From an uncultured Gammaproteobacteria bacterium (GTDB lineage: Bacteria; Pseudomonadota; Gammaproteobacteria; Ga0077536): a stretch of DNA of 64,000 bases. The stretch lies in contig CALOBG010000021.1 in assembly GCA_942490995.1 (NCBI GenBank), forward strand, positions 91,388 through 155,387, given 5' to 3'. The stretch's first letter is position 1, and each line of letters opens with the position of its first letter. Below are positions 48,808-59,575 of this stretch, piece after piece. Below the pieces are notes generated by a model, which saw only the letters and a list, made by a program, of their open reading frames with translations, was not told where the DNA came from and did not search any database. Position numbers and translations under genes: made by a program.

Positions 48808-49428
48808 TTGAAAAATCAGAGAATACGTCGTACCCCCGCAGAGGCTCGCGGGCAAATTGTAGCGGCCGTTGCGGCCGCCCTGGACGACATGGATTTTGCC
48901 GCGCTAACCGTTGAGGAAGTCACCCGTCGAGCCGGCATGACGCGCTCTGCGTTCTATCACTACTTTTCCTCGCTCGACGAACTGGCGCTCGATCTACTCC
49001 TGCACTTCGAAGGCGAGGTCAGGGCTGCGGTCGATCCCCTGCTCGAAGGTCACTACGATGCCGAGGAAGACTACCGCGCTACTTTGCTCAAGCACCTGAC
49101 GACGATGTTCGAAGTGTTCCATCTCCACCACAAGAGCGTCGGTGCAATCGCTCAGGCCGCGAGCGGCAACCGCCGGGTTTTCGATCAGTGGCAGAACAGC
49201 GTGGTGAACTATTACATCGACAAAACCGCGGAGTTCATCCGCCGCCAGGTTGCCCTCGGCCGCTCCAGCATCGATGACCCGCAGCGGGTGGCGAGCGCCC
49301 TGATCCTGATGAACAACGCGGTCGGCACGGCCAACATCCTGCGTCCCGATCCCGACGATCCGCAGAAAGTCGCCGAAGTCATCGCCGCGATCTGGAACGC
49401 CACCATTTACCAACCGCAGCTGCATTGA
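48808..49428 (+). CDS. TetR/AcrR-family transcriptional regulator.
   Basis: HTH LTVEEVTRRAGMTRSAFYHYFSSLDEL. Confidence 0.8.
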   Translation: MKNQRIRRTPAEARGQIVAAVAAALDDMDFAALTVEEVTRRAGMTRSAFYHYFSSLDELALDLLLHFEGEVRAAVDPLLEGHYDAEEDYRATLLKHLTTMFEVFHLHHKSVGAIAQAASGNRRVFDQWQNSVVNYYIDKTAEFIRRQVALGRSSIDDPQRVASALILMNNAVGTANILRPDPDDPQKVAEVIAAIWNATIYQPQLH

Positions 49429-49464
49429 AACCAGCCGGGGCGGTGCTTGTAGAGCGATGCGTTT

Positions 49465-50814
49465 ATGAAACCGAACCGACCACTGGTATTCAACGCGTTC
49501 TCGATGAACTGCGTTTCCCACCTTCATCACGGCCTGTGGCGCCGCACCGACACGCGCGCACTCGAATACGCGTCGCTCGCACCCTGGATCGAACTCGCGG
49601 AAATCCTTGAGCAGGCCTGTTTCGACGCCCTGTTTCTGGCCGACGTGGTCGGCGCCTATGATCTCTACAAGGGCGGGCCGGAAACCGCCATTCGAGAAGC
49701 CATGCAGATCCCGGTCAACGATCCGACCCTGCTCATTCCGGCCATGGCCCACGCCACTGAGAACCTCGGCTTCGCATTCACCGGTTCGATACTTGCGGAA
49801 CACCCGTTCAATTTCGCGCGCCGCGCTTCAACCCTCGATCACCTGACCAACGGCCGTGTGGCCTGGAATATCGTTACCTCTTACCTGCCCAGCGCCGCGC
49901 GCAACCTCGGTTTTACCGATCTGCCGCGCCACGACGACCGCTACGAACGTGGCGATGACTATCTCGACGTGCTGTACAAACTGTGGGAAGCGAGCTGGGA
50001 GGACGATGCCGTGGTTCGCGATCGGGAGCGCGGTATCTACGCGGACGCGGACAAAGTCCATCGTATCGACCACGTCGGTCCGTATTACCAGGTCCCGGGG
50101 CCGCACCTGTGCGAGCCCTCGCCGCAGCGCACGCCGCTGCTGTACCAGGCCGGCGTCTCGGCGCGCGGCCGTGAATTCGCCGCTCGTCATGCCGAATGTG
50201 CCTTCGTACTCGGTAACGACAGCGCCGCGGTCGCGGCCGATATCCGTGCCCGCGCCGAACGTTACGGCCGCCGCAAGGACGACATCAGGATCATCCTGCC
50301 GCTGTCGATCATCGTCGGCGGTAGTGAAACCGAAGCGCAGGCCAAGGCCGACGATTTTCGTCACACCTTGTCACTGGAAGGTGGCCTGGCGCACATGAGC
50401 GGCCACCTTGGTGTCGACCTTGCGACGATCGATCTCGAACGGCCGATTAAGGACTTCGACTTCAACGCTGTCGCCGGCACCGTCAAAACCTTGCTCGACA
50501 GCGCACCGGATCGGAACTGGACGTTCGGCGATCTGGCCCGGCGTCAGTTCAGCGGGCAATGGTTGGTTGGTGCGCCGGAACAGATCGCCGACCGGTTGCA
50601 GGCTCTGGCGGACAAGGGCGCGGACGGATTCAACCTGATTTACGCCACCACGCCCGGTACGTTCGTCGACTTCATCGACGCAATCGCTCCGATCCTCAAG
50701 GCACGCGGGTTGATGCAGTGCGAGTACCGCCCCGGTCCACTGCGCGAGAAACTGTTCGGCGACGCGCGCCTGCCCGCCAGGCACCCCGGCGGCGCATACC
50801 GCAAGCAGGCCTGA
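49465..50814 (+). CDS. LLM-class FMNH2-dependent monooxygenase (NtaA/SnaA/DszA/SsuD-like).
   Basis: 449 aa. N-terminus …VFNAFSMNCVSHLHHGLWR… and overall TIM-barrel LLM pattern typical of the NtaA/DszA family. Confidence 0.8.
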   Translation: MKPNRPLVFNAFSMNCVSHLHHGLWRRTDTRALEYASLAPWIELAEILEQACFDALFLADVVGAYDLYKGGPETAIREAMQIPVNDPTLLIPAMAHATENLGFAFTGSILAEHPFNFARRASTLDHLTNGRVAWNIVTSYLPSAARNLGFTDLPRHDDRYERGDDYLDVLYKLWEASWEDDAVVRDRERGIYADADKVHRIDHVGPYYQVPGPHLCEPSPQRTPLLYQAGVSARGREFAARHAECAFVLGNDSAAVAADIRARAERYGRRKDDIRIILPLSIIVGGSETEAQAKADDFRHTLSLEGGLAHMSGHLGVDLATIDLERPIKDFDFNAVAGTVKTLLDSAPDRNWTFGDLARRQFSGQWLVGAPEQIADRLQALADKGADGFNLIYATTPGTFVDFIDAIAPILKARGLMQCEYRPGPLREKLFGDARLPARHPGGAYRKQA

Positions 50815-50824
50815 TCGACCGCTT

Positions 50825-51829
50825 TTACTTGACGCGCGAGCGCGGACCGCGCTCCGGGTCAACGACAAGGTCGACGATTTTTCTCGCTTCGGTAGCGGAC
50901 ACCGGCGATGCCTGCGCGGGTGTGTTTTCGCCGGTTGGTTTTTCGACTTCAGCGGCAGCGACCTGCGGCCGGCGCGGCTTGCGCAACGAGCGGGCGTCGT
51001 AAACTTCAGTGCCATACAAACCGGTATCGATGCGATCCCGGGCGATATCCGCAATCATGACCGCGTCGATAACTTTTTTGCCGTCGGCGAAACCATACAC
51101 CAGGGCCAGTTCGCAAAGCGTGTTGATGACCCGCGGAATACCGCCGCTGTTCGAGTAGATCAGTCGCAAGGCGTTTTTGTGGAACAGTTGCGGATCGCCA
51201 CCCGCCACCTGTACGCGGTGGCGAACATAGGCCGCGGTTTCCTTTTCGTCGAGCGGTTCGAGCCTGGCCATGACGTTGATGCGTTGCGCAAGTTGTCGCA
51301 ACTCGTGGCGCTTGAGCACGTCATGCAGTTCCGGCTGTCCGACCAGCAGCAGCTGCATCAGGGTGTGGTCATCGGCGTTGACGTTGGTCAGCAGGCGCAG
51401 CTCTTCCAGCGTTTGCGGATCCAGGTTCTGCGCCTCATCGACAATCAGGATCACGCGCCGGCCGGCGCCGTACTCCGCCACCAGGAACTCGACAAAATCG
51501 TGGTACAGCTCGATCTTGTCCTTGTCTTTGAAGGGCAGGTCGAACGCCAGCGCCACCCACTGCATGAGGTTTCCGAACCCGCTGTGGGTGTTCGAGATCA
51601 GGCCGACCGTGACGCTGTCGCCAAGCTGATTCAACAACTGGCGGACCAGGGTGGTTTTACCTGATCCCACCTCGCCGGTAACCACCGACAGGGTGAGCTG
51701 GTTACTCACCGCGTAATCCAGGATCGACAACGCGAGCTGGTGCTTGCGGCTCTCGAACAGGTAGGCCGGATCGGGCAGCAGGCTGAACGGTTTGGCCTTC
51801 AGACCGTAGAATTCTTCGTACACGGGCAT
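50825..51829 (-). CDS. ExeA/GspA-like AAA ATPase.
   Basis: FYGLKAKPF opening, Walker A GEVGSGKTT, Walker B ILIVDEAQNL. Confidence 0.75.
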   Translation of the reverse strand: MPVYEEFYGLKAKPFSLLPDPAYLFESRKHQLALSILDYAVSNQLTLSVVTGEVGSGKTTLVRQLLNQLGDSVTVGLISNTHSGFGNLMQWVALAFDLPFKDKDKIELYHDFVEFLVAEYGAGRRVILIVDEAQNLDPQTLEELRLLTNVNADDHTLMQLLLVGQPELHDVLKRHELRQLAQRINVMARLEPLDEKETAAYVRHRVQVAGGDPQLFHKNALRLIYSNSGGIPRVINTLCELALVYGFADGKKVIDAVMIADIARDRIDTGLYGTEVYDARSLRKPRRPQVAAAEVEKPTGENTPAQASPVSATEARKIVDLVVDPERGPRSRVK

Positions 51830-51976
51830 AATCTTTTTTTATACGGGCGTTTCAATCCTAACCCCGTTGTGCTGCTTGTCCAGTGACTCAGCGCGGTAAT
51901 TGCGGATTGATTCACACGCGTTACAGGGTGGCGGCCACGTCTATCCGGCCCCACGCGGCATGATTTAACATGGGGT

Positions 51977-52657
51977 ATGCCCAATCAACCTGCACCGGCG
52001 AGGCCTTCGGCTTCGGTCCTCATCGTTCGCGACGGCGCCGAGTCACTTGAAGTACTGCTCCTGCGCCGCAATGAAAAAGTCGTGTTCCACGGCGGCGCCT
52101 GGGTATTCCCCGGCGGCCGCGTCGATAAGGCCGACGGCAGTACCGAGCCCGACGCTGAACTGACCACCGCCAGGCGCGCGGCGGCACGTGAAACAATGGA
52201 AGAAGCCGGCCTGCATATCGACGACGGCGCCCTGCTGCCGTTTGCGCACTGGACCACCCCGCTGGAGCTGCCGAAGCGCTTTGCCACCTGGTTCTTCGCG
52301 GCCGCAATCGAAGCCGAGGCGCAAGTCCGCATCGACGCCTCGGAAATTGTTGACCACCGCTGGATGTCCGCACCAGACGCGCTTCGGCAACACCTGTCCG
52401 GCGAGCTGAGCTTGCCCGGCCCGACGTTCGTGACCCTGCTGCGCTTCAAGGCGTTCAGGACCAGCCAGGAACTGCGCGAGCACGTCGGCGCGACCGACAT
52501 TCAGCGCTTTGTGCCACGCCTCGCGAAATTGCCCGACGGCCGCTGTGCGCTGTACAGCGAAGATGCCGGCTATGACACCCTCGACCTGGACGCGCCGGGC
52601 CCGCGCCACCGCCTGGTCATGCGCGGCACGGACTGGCAATACCTCAATGATTTCTGA
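51977..52657 (+). CDS. NUDIX hydrolase.
   Basis: Nudix box GG…RETMEEAGL within a ~226-aa protein. Confidence 0.75.
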   Translation: MPNQPAPARPSASVLIVRDGAESLEVLLLRRNEKVVFHGGAWVFPGGRVDKADGSTEPDAELTTARRAAARETMEEAGLHIDDGALLPFAHWTTPLELPKRFATWFFAAAIEAEAQVRIDASEIVDHRWMSAPDALRQHLSGELSLPGPTFVTLLRFKAFRTSQELREHVGATDIQRFVPRLAKLPDGRCALYSEDAGYDTLDLDAPGPRHRLVMRGTDWQYLNDF

Positions 52658-52760
52658 ATGGCGCCGCCGGCTGCGGCGCGACCCTGCAAAATCCCGGCGG
52701 TAGTCCAATTTCGGCCCGTTTTGCGCCACAATAGCCCTGTCGCCTGCGGCGGAGGAGAAC

Positions 52761-53963
52761 TTGACCATGTGGAAGTATCTGCGTTTTGCCTACATACACT
52801 GGATCTGGATCCCACTGACCATGGCCGGCATCCTGCTCGGCGGCTGGTGGACCTGGAGCGGAGTGGTGTTCCTGTTCGCGGTCGGGGTCGGCGGCGAGGT
52901 GCTGAGCAAAAACTGGCGCGATGAATCCAACCCCGACTACGGCTACCCGATCATTCACGACTTGATCCTCTATTCCGCCGTCGTTGGCCACGTACTGGCG
53001 GTGTTCGTAGCGGCCTGGGCGTGCAGCAACAGCGACCCCTTGGGTTTCGGCGCCTGGCTCAACAGCGCCGCGGCAGCCAGCGGCGTACCGATCGACGTCT
53101 TTGCCGCGCGCGCCGGCAACGTCTGGCACGACTACGTCGGCATGGGCCTGTCGCTCGGCGGTGTACTCGGAGTCAGTGGCATTTCAGCGGCTCACGAACT
53201 TACCCATCGCACCGCCCATCCGCTCGATATGTGGTTCGGGCGCTGGGATTTCGCCCTGAGTTTCGGCACCAACTTTGCCACCGAACATGTTTTTGGCCAT
53301 CACCGTAACCTCGGCTACGCGGGTATCGACTCGGTATCGCCCAAACGCGGCACCGGGTTCTACGAATTCCTGACCCGCGGCGGCTGGGACCAGTGGCGCG
53401 GTGGCTACGACATCGAACGCCAGCGCCTGAAACAAGCTGGTAAAGCGTGGCTGTCGCCAGGCAACCGGGTCGTGCACGCCTGGCTGCGCGGCGCGCTGGT
53501 GGTCACGGCGGTGGGCCTGATCGGCGGCTGGCTGGCGCTCGCGGTGTGGCTGCTGGCGGCGGCGTTTTCGAAATACATCCTCGAAGGCCTGAATTTTTTC
53601 TCACATTACGGATTGATCCGCCTCGAGGGCGAAAAGATCACAACCCGCAATACGTTTTCGAGCTTCAATCCGCTGAGCAATCACTTCACATTCAACCTCG
53701 GCCGGCACGGTTCGCACCACGAGTACGACCGCCCCTATTGCCAGCATCAATACAAGCCGATGCCGGAATCGCCGTACGGCTACCTGACCATGACCCTGGT
53801 GTCATGGATACCGCCGCTGTTCTGGAAGCTCATGATCCCGATGCTGAAAGAGTGGGACGAGAAATGGGCGACGCCGGCCGAACTCGAAGTGATCGCCAGG
53901 CACAACCGCGAATCCGGGATCCGAGCGCTGGAATCGGTCGGCAACGACGCGCTGCCAGCCTGA
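52761..53963 (+). CDS. alkB: Alkane 1-monooxygenase (AlkB) / membrane fatty-acid-desaturase-family di-iron hydroxylase.
   Basis: Histidine boxes HELTHR, EHVFGHHRN, FFSHYGL, LGRHGSHHE with an N-terminal multi-TM region. Confidence 0.8.
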   Translation: MTMWKYLRFAYIHWIWIPLTMAGILLGGWWTWSGVVFLFAVGVGGEVLSKNWRDESNPDYGYPIIHDLILYSAVVGHVLAVFVAAWACSNSDPLGFGAWLNSAAAASGVPIDVFAARAGNVWHDYVGMGLSLGGVLGVSGISAAHELTHRTAHPLDMWFGRWDFALSFGTNFATEHVFGHHRNLGYAGIDSVSPKRGTGFYEFLTRGGWDQWRGGYDIERQRLKQAGKAWLSPGNRVVHAWLRGALVVTAVGLIGGWLALAVWLLAAAFSKYILEGLNFFSHYGLIRLEGEKITTRNTFSSFNPLSNHFTFNLGRHGSHHEYDRPYCQHQYKPMPESPYGYLTMTLVSWIPPLFWKLMIPMLKEWDEKWATPAELEVIARHNRESGIRALESVGNDALPA

Positions 53964-53971
53964 CCACGCCG

Positions 53972-55078
53972 TCAGTCGCGCTCCGCTTGCGTTAGCACCT
54001 GGCGCAAGGTATCGGTGATTGCGTATTCGGGTGAGATGGCGCCGTGCGGGCAGGCGCTGACGCAGGCGTAACAACGGATACATTCGCGCTCGTTGATGAA
54101 CAGGGTGTTGTAGTACAGGCCTGAGGAGTGCGCCGGGCGCAAGGCCTGGATACCTTTGACCCGGCCGCCGGCATCGAGCGCCAGGCCGGCGGTCTCGACG
54201 ATACAGTTTTCGACCGGCTTGACCAGCAGACACTCGTCACACAGCACGCAGCGGCGATTATCGATCACCGGCGCGGGCGAGCGGGCATCCTCGAACACGT
54301 CGCGATAGATCGCATCGGCCGCCATGCCGGCCGCCGTCAACAACGCACAACCGGCATCGATCATAGGCGGCGGGCCACACAGGAACGCCGCCGCGTCGGT
54401 ACAATCCAGGCGCCCGCTGTCGAGCCCCGCGCGTTTGATGTATTCGGTCACCAGGCCGCGCGCGCCGCGCCAGTCGGAATCCTCGGCTTCGTCAGACAGC
54501 ACCTGCACGAATTCAAACACGTGGCGCTGGTGCCACTGCCGCGCCAGCGCGGCCAGCTCTTCCTCGGCGTAAAGGTCGGCCGGGGTGCGAGCGCCGTAGA
54601 AAAAATAACAATCACGGGCCTGCTGTTCTCTGCAGGCCTGCTGCAGCAGCGCCATAATCGCACTCATGCCGCTACCGCCGGCGATACAGATCATGGTGTT
54701 CGATGCGGCGTTGAGGCCGAAGCTGCCGAGCGGACCGGCAATTTCGATGGCGGCGCCGCTGCGGTCGCCCGCCGCCAGCCATTGCGACACCTCACCACCC
54801 GGCACCACCCGTATATAAAAAGTGTGTTCGCCAGGCTGCTCGGCGCGTGGATCGCGTGCGAACGAGTATGGCCGCGGCCGTGCGATGCCGGGAAACCCTA
54901 ACGCCGCGAACTGACCTGCTTGGGCGTACAGCGGCGGGCTGCCGGCGGCGCAGCGCACCACCACTTCGAAGGTGTCGTGGGTGAGGTCGCGCTGCGACAC
55001 GATGGTCGCCCGGTTGCGGACCACGCGAGGCGTGCGGATAGCCGCGCGCGGTTGCGGCGGCCTCAGCGGATCACGCAC
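53972..55078 (-). CDS. FNR-type FAD/NAD(P)-binding oxidoreductase fused to a C-terminal 2x[4Fe-4S] ferredoxin domain.
   Basis: RPYSFA FAD motif, an NAD fold (MICIAGGSGMSA), then CVLCDECLLVKP … CIRCYACVSACP. Confidence 0.75.
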   Translation of the reverse strand: MRDPLRPPQPRAAIRTPRVVRNRATIVSQRDLTHDTFEVVVRCAAGSPPLYAQAGQFAALGFPGIARPRPYSFARDPRAEQPGEHTFYIRVVPGGEVSQWLAAGDRSGAAIEIAGPLGSFGLNAASNTMICIAGGSGMSAIMALLQQACREQQARDCYFFYGARTPADLYAEEELAALARQWHQRHVFEFVQVLSDEAEDSDWRGARGLVTEYIKRAGLDSGRLDCTDAAAFLCGPPPMIDAGCALLTAAGMAADAIYRDVFEDARSPAPVIDNRRCVLCDECLLVKPVENCIVETAGLALDAGGRVKGIQALRPAHSSGLYYNTLFINERECIRCYACVSACPHGAISPEYAITDTLRQVLTQAERD

Positions 55079-57371
55079 GCTCAGCGAAAATCCCTGGATA
55101 TTGTTTTTCAGCGAGCGCCAGCACCTCGGTGTCGCTCAGCGTGCTGTCGCGATTACGCGTGCGCCACATGCGCAGATAACCGGCCTGCCCACCCCATTCC
55201 TTGAGCAGCGCCTGACGACACATCGCCTCGCTGGCCGGCTCGATTTCCGCGAGCACCGAGTAGAACGACGGCGCGAAACCGAAATCGGACAACACCTCGG
55301 TATTCAGGGCATTGACGTTGACGCCGCCCGGCGTGTTGCTGCCCTTGAACTGTTTCTGCGTCCCAACCATGCCCGGTAGCAGGCCCTCGACAATCACGGC
55401 GTAGCCGTAGGTTTCGCCGCGGTCGTTGTAGAGCCGGCACAAATCGCCGTCGACGATGCCACGCGCGGCCGCTTCTGCGGGACAGATTTCGATGGTTGGC
55501 CGCGACTGCATCGCCTGCAGACGCTCGACCGACTGGAACGAGTCGCCGATAAAATAATGTGAGGCGTTGCTGAATACCTGCAGCGGAAATTGTGCGCGTT
55601 TGGGATCTTCCTGGCCTTCCATTTCCGGTACATAGGTCGGCATGGGGTCCTGGCCGAGCGCTTTCAGTTCATCGCTGTAGAGCTGGATTTTGCCGTCCTT
55701 GGTTGGCCAGCCGACGGTCAGGTAATCGCGCCGCGGCGAGTCGAACTTGCCCATCGCCCAGCCGTTGGCCTTGAACTGCTCGTACTCGATGCCTTCGATC
55801 AGCGGGTTGGTTTCGTTTTTCAACAAAACGTCGCGGATGATCTCTTCATCGGTCTGGGTAAAGGCGTTGTCGCTCGATTCCACGTAGCCCATGTGCCGGG
55901 CCAGGCGGCGGAACAGCTCGGAATTGGACACGCTTTCACCAAGCGGTTCGATCACCGGCAGGTTCATCGCGTAATGGTAATAGCCGTACGAGCCGTGCAT
56001 GTCGGTGCGTTCGAGCTGGGTATCGGCGGGCAGGACGATGTCGGCGTAATCACAGGAGTCGGTCCAAAAGGTATCGTGAACGACCGTAAAGACATCCTCG
56101 CGCATCAGCCCTTTGCGCATATTGTTCGAGTTCGGCACACAGTTCGCGGGGTCGGCGTTGTATACGAACAGACACTTGATCGGTGGATCGAGCTGCTGCT
56201 CATCGACGCCGATGTTGTCGGCCAGCGCGCGCCCCATCTGCACCATGTTCACGATCCGCTTGCTGTTGCGGTCACCGAGGTCAAAGCGCTGGAAAGCATC
56301 AAAAAAGAACGGATCCCAGTTTTCCTCGATACGGCCGAAACCGGCGCCACCGCAACGTTCGCGCCAGGCGCCGGTAATGCTCGGCAGGATCAGCACCGAG
56401 CGACACATCTGGCCGGAATTCTGGTGACGATTGAGGCCGTGGCCGGCGCGGATATTGGTCTTTTTGGTCGATCCGTACAGCAGCGCGAGTTTTTCGATGT
56501 CACTCTCCGGGAGTCCGGTAATACGGGCGACTCGATCGAGCGGGTATTCGGGCAGGCGTTGTTCGAGCAGTTCCTGCCAGCCGCGGGTGTGGCGCTCGAG
56601 AAAATCCTGGTCATGCAGGTGGTTGTCGACAATGACCTTCATCATACCCAGCGCCAGCGCACCATCGGTGCCTGGCTTCGGCTGGATGTGCCAGTCCGCG
56701 GTCCAGGTAGTACGGGTCTGGCGCGGGTCGATGGCGATCACTCGGCAGCCACGCGCCTGCGCTTCGCGCAGAAATGGCATGGCGTGGACGCCGGTACTGA
56801 CCGGGTTGTAACCCCACAGAATGATCACCTCGGCGTCCTCCGAGGCGATCGCGATATCGGCGCCATTGGCCGACCCATAGGTATGATGGTTGGCCCAGTA
56901 GGCGGCGTGCACGCAGATCGACATTTCCAGACGCGCCGCTTCCATCTTGTTCCAGAAGCGGTTGTCCATGCCCCAGTAGCCGATGTGGCCAAGGGTCCCG
57001 GAAAAATTGAACGGCTGGATCGCCTCGGAGCCGTAAGTCTCGATAATGCGTTTGAAATTGCCGGTAACCGTCTCCAGCGCTTCGTCCCAACCGATGCGTT
57101 CGAACTGCGCGCCGGGTCCGCGTGGGCCTAGCCGTTTGTGCGGATAAAGCACCCGGTTTTCGTTATAAACCAGATCAAGATAGTGATTGACCTTGTTGCA
57201 CAGGTAACCGCGCGTGATGGGGTGGCTGGGGTCACCCTGGACCTTGACCGCACGCATGGTGCGATCGTCGCGGGTGACGAGCATCGAGCAGGTATCCGGG
57301 CAATCGTGCGGGCAGACCACGTGGTGCAGAGAATGTCCTTCGGGAACTTCAAGCCGGGTGCTGCGGGTCAT
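55071..57371 (-). CDS. Molybdopterin-dependent oxidoreductase (DMSO-reductase / MopB superfamily) with an N-terminal Fe-S motif.
   Basis: CPHDCPDTCS cluster motif and MopB architecture over 766 aa. Overlaps the downstream FNR-Fd gene by 8 nt. Confidence 0.8.
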   Translation of the reverse strand: MTRSTRLEVPEGHSLHHVVCPHDCPDTCSMLVTRDDRTMRAVKVQGDPSHPITRGYLCNKVNHYLDLVYNENRVLYPHKRLGPRGPGAQFERIGWDEALETVTGNFKRIIETYGSEAIQPFNFSGTLGHIGYWGMDNRFWNKMEAARLEMSICVHAAYWANHHTYGSANGADIAIASEDAEVIILWGYNPVSTGVHAMPFLREAQARGCRVIAIDPRQTRTTWTADWHIQPKPGTDGALALGMMKVIVDNHLHDQDFLERHTRGWQELLEQRLPEYPLDRVARITGLPESDIEKLALLYGSTKKTNIRAGHGLNRHQNSGQMCRSVLILPSITGAWRERCGGAGFGRIEENWDPFFFDAFQRFDLGDRNSKRIVNMVQMGRALADNIGVDEQQLDPPIKCLFVYNADPANCVPNSNNMRKGLMREDVFTVVHDTFWTDSCDYADIVLPADTQLERTDMHGSYGYYHYAMNLPVIEPLGESVSNSELFRRLARHMGYVESSDNAFTQTDEEIIRDVLLKNETNPLIEGIEYEQFKANGWAMGKFDSPRRDYLTVGWPTKDGKIQLYSDELKALGQDPMPTYVPEMEGQEDPKRAQFPLQVFSNASHYFIGDSFQSVERLQAMQSRPTIEICPAEAAARGIVDGDLCRLYNDRGETYGYAVIVEGLLPGMVGTQKQFKGSNTPGGVNVNALNTEVLSDFGFAPSFYSVLAEIEPASEAMCRQALLKEWGGQAGYLRMWRTRNRDSTLSDTEVLALAEKQYPGIFAERA

Positions 57372-57504
57372 GGGTCATCCCTGAACGTTTGGGCGTGCTG
57401 CCAAGTATAACGCCGGCACCCAACCTTGCCCGCCGTCCCGGCCCTGGCAGCCGGGATCGCGGGCCTTATGGTAGGGTAGCGCCGCCGGATCCCAGGAAAA
57501 CACC

Positions 57505-59544
57505 ATGAATCGACTCCAAAACTCGACCAGTCCGTATCTGTTGCAGCACGCCGACAACCCCGTCGAGTGGCACCCCTGGGACGACGAAGCACTGGCGCTG
57601 GCCAAACGCGAAAACAAACCGATCCTGCTGTCGATTGGCTATTCCGCCTGTCACTGGTGCCATGTAATGGCCCACGAATCGTTCGAAAGCGTGCAGGTCG
57701 CCAAGCTCATGAACGAGAACTTCATCAACATCAAGGTCGACCGCGAAGAACGTCCCGATCTCGATCGCATCTACCAGACCGCCCACCAGATCCTGACGCG
57801 CAAGCGCGGCGGCTGGCCGTTGACCATGTTCCTCGACCCCGAGGACCACCTGCCGTTTTTCGGCGGTACTTATTTCCCGCCGCAGGCGCGCCGCGACGTG
57901 CCCGGATTTCGTGATGTGCTGCGTGGCATCTCGAAATCCTACGGCAGCAAAAACGACAATATCGACGAGTTCAAGTCACAGTTGCGCGGGGCGCTCGGTC
58001 AGGCGCTCGGCGGCGGCGCGCCGGGCGAACCCGACACCACCATGGTCGACCGCGCCTGCGGCCAGATCGATGCAAGTTTCGACGCCGAGCGCGGCGGTTT
58101 CAGCGAGGCGCCGAAGTTTCCACATCCGGCCGGACTCGAACTCCTGCTCGATGCGGCGGCGACTACCGACGAAACACAGAAATCGGAACGTGCCCTGCAC
58201 ATGCTCGACCTGACCTTGAGCGGGATGGCCTGCGGCGGGCTCTACGATCATCTCGGCGGCGGTTTTTTCCGCTATTCCGTCGACGCCGAATGGACCGTCC
58301 CGCATTTCGAAAAAATGCTCTACGACAATGGTCCGCTGCTGTCGCTGTACGCGCGCCGCGCGGCAACCACGAATTCGGCGTTCTACCGCGCCGTCGCCAA
58401 CGACACCGCGGATTGGATCATGCGCGAAATGCAGCTCGACAACGGCGGTATCTGTTCCAGCCTCGACGCGGACTCGGAAGGCAAGGAAGGGCAATTTTAT
58501 GTGTGGACCTATGACGAGGTGCGCGACATTCTCGGCGAGCGCTACGACAGCTTCGCGGCCGCCTACGGACTCGAAGGCAAGGCCAATTTCGAGAAACTCT
58601 GGCACCTGCGGCTGACCGCGCCGGCGGCGACCACGCCACGCCTGGACAATGACCCGGGCGACGAATTCCGTGCCGATCGCGCGCGCCTGCTCGAAGTACG
58701 CGACGCCCGCACGCGTCCCGGGCGGGACGACAAGGTCCTGTGCGCGTGGAATGCCCTGACTATCCGCGGATTGGCCGACATCGGCCAGGCGCTCGGTCGC
58801 GAGGATTGTATCGACGCCGCCTGCCGGGCCGTCGACTACCTGCGGGACAAGCACTGGCGCGACGGTCGACTGCTGGCCAGCAGTCGTGACGGCCAGGCCC
58901 ATCTGAGCGCCTACCTCGACGACTACGCGTTTCTGATCGACGCGCTGCTTGTGTTGTTATCGGCGCGCTGGCGCGACACCGATCTGAACTTCGCCATCGC
59001 GCTGGCCGACGCGCTGCTCGAGCATTTCGAAGATCGTGAACAGGGCGGGTTCTTTTTCACCGCCGGCGATCACGAGGATCTGATCCAGCGCGCGCGTTCG
59101 TTCAGCGATGACTCACTGCCATCCGGCAACGGCATGGCGATACGCGCCCTGCTCGAACTCGGGCATCTGGTCGGCGATCCTCGTTACCTGGAAACGGCCG
59201 AACGCGCCCTGCGCGCCGGCATGACCGATGCCGAGCGCTGGCCGTCGGCACACGCCACCCTGATGCGCGCCCTGCTCGACTTCAGTCAGCCCCCGGAACG
59301 GCTGGTGCTGCGTGGCACCGAGGACGCCGCTGCGCCGTGGCTGGCTTTGGCGCGGAACAAACTCTCTGAACGGATGCGCGCCTATGTGATCCCGACCACG
59401 GCCACCGCTCTGCCGGGCCTGCTGGCGAGCCGCGATGCGCAGGACGCCAGCGTGACCGCCTACTACTGCAGCGGTCAGGCCTGCAGTGCACCGGCGACGA
59501 CCCTGGACGCATTAGCGGCAAACCTGGAGCAGCGACCCGTCTAG
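57505..59544 (+). CDS. Thioredoxin-domain protein YyaL (DUF255) with a C-terminal six-hairpin glycosidase-like domain.
   Basis: N-terminus [60 protein letters not shown] is the DUF255/YyaL signature. Confidence 0.8.
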   Translation: MNRLQNSTSPYLLQHADNPVEWHPWDDEALALAKRENKPILLSIGYSACHWCHVMAHESFESVQVAKLMNENFINIKVDREERPDLDRIYQTAHQILTRKRGGWPLTMFLDPEDHLPFFGGTYFPPQARRDVPGFRDVLRGISKSYGSKNDNIDEFKSQLRGALGQALGGGAPGEPDTTMVDRACGQIDASFDAERGGFSEAPKFPHPAGLELLLDAAATTDETQKSERALHMLDLTLSGMACGGLYDHLGGGFFRYSVDAEWTVPHFEKMLYDNGPLLSLYARRAATTNSAFYRAVANDTADWIMREMQLDNGGICSSLDADSEGKEGQFYVWTYDEVRDILGERYDSFAAAYGLEGKANFEKLWHLRLTAPAATTPRLDNDPGDEFRADRARLLEVRDARTRPGRDDKVLCAWNALTIRGLADIGQALGREDCIDAACRAVDYLRDKHWRDGRLLASSRDGQAHLSAYLDDYAFLIDALLVLLSARWRDTDLNFAIALADALLEHFEDREQGGFFFTAGDHEDLIQRARSFSDDSLPSGNGMAIRALLELGHLVGDPRYLETAERALRAGMTDAERWPSAHATLMRALLDFSQPPERLVLRGTEDAAAPWLALARNKLSERMRAYVIPTTATALPGLLASRDAQDASVTAYYCSGQACSAPATTLDALAANLEQRPV

Positions 59545-59575
59545 CTGCTGTCCCAGGCCGCGACCTCGACGCGTA

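Noticed and set aside
55590-57131. 513-aa plus-strand ORF antisense to the molybdopterin oxidoreductase.
   Set aside because: Antisense GC-rich frame. The sense gene has the CPHDCPDTCS Fe-S motif and MopB architecture.
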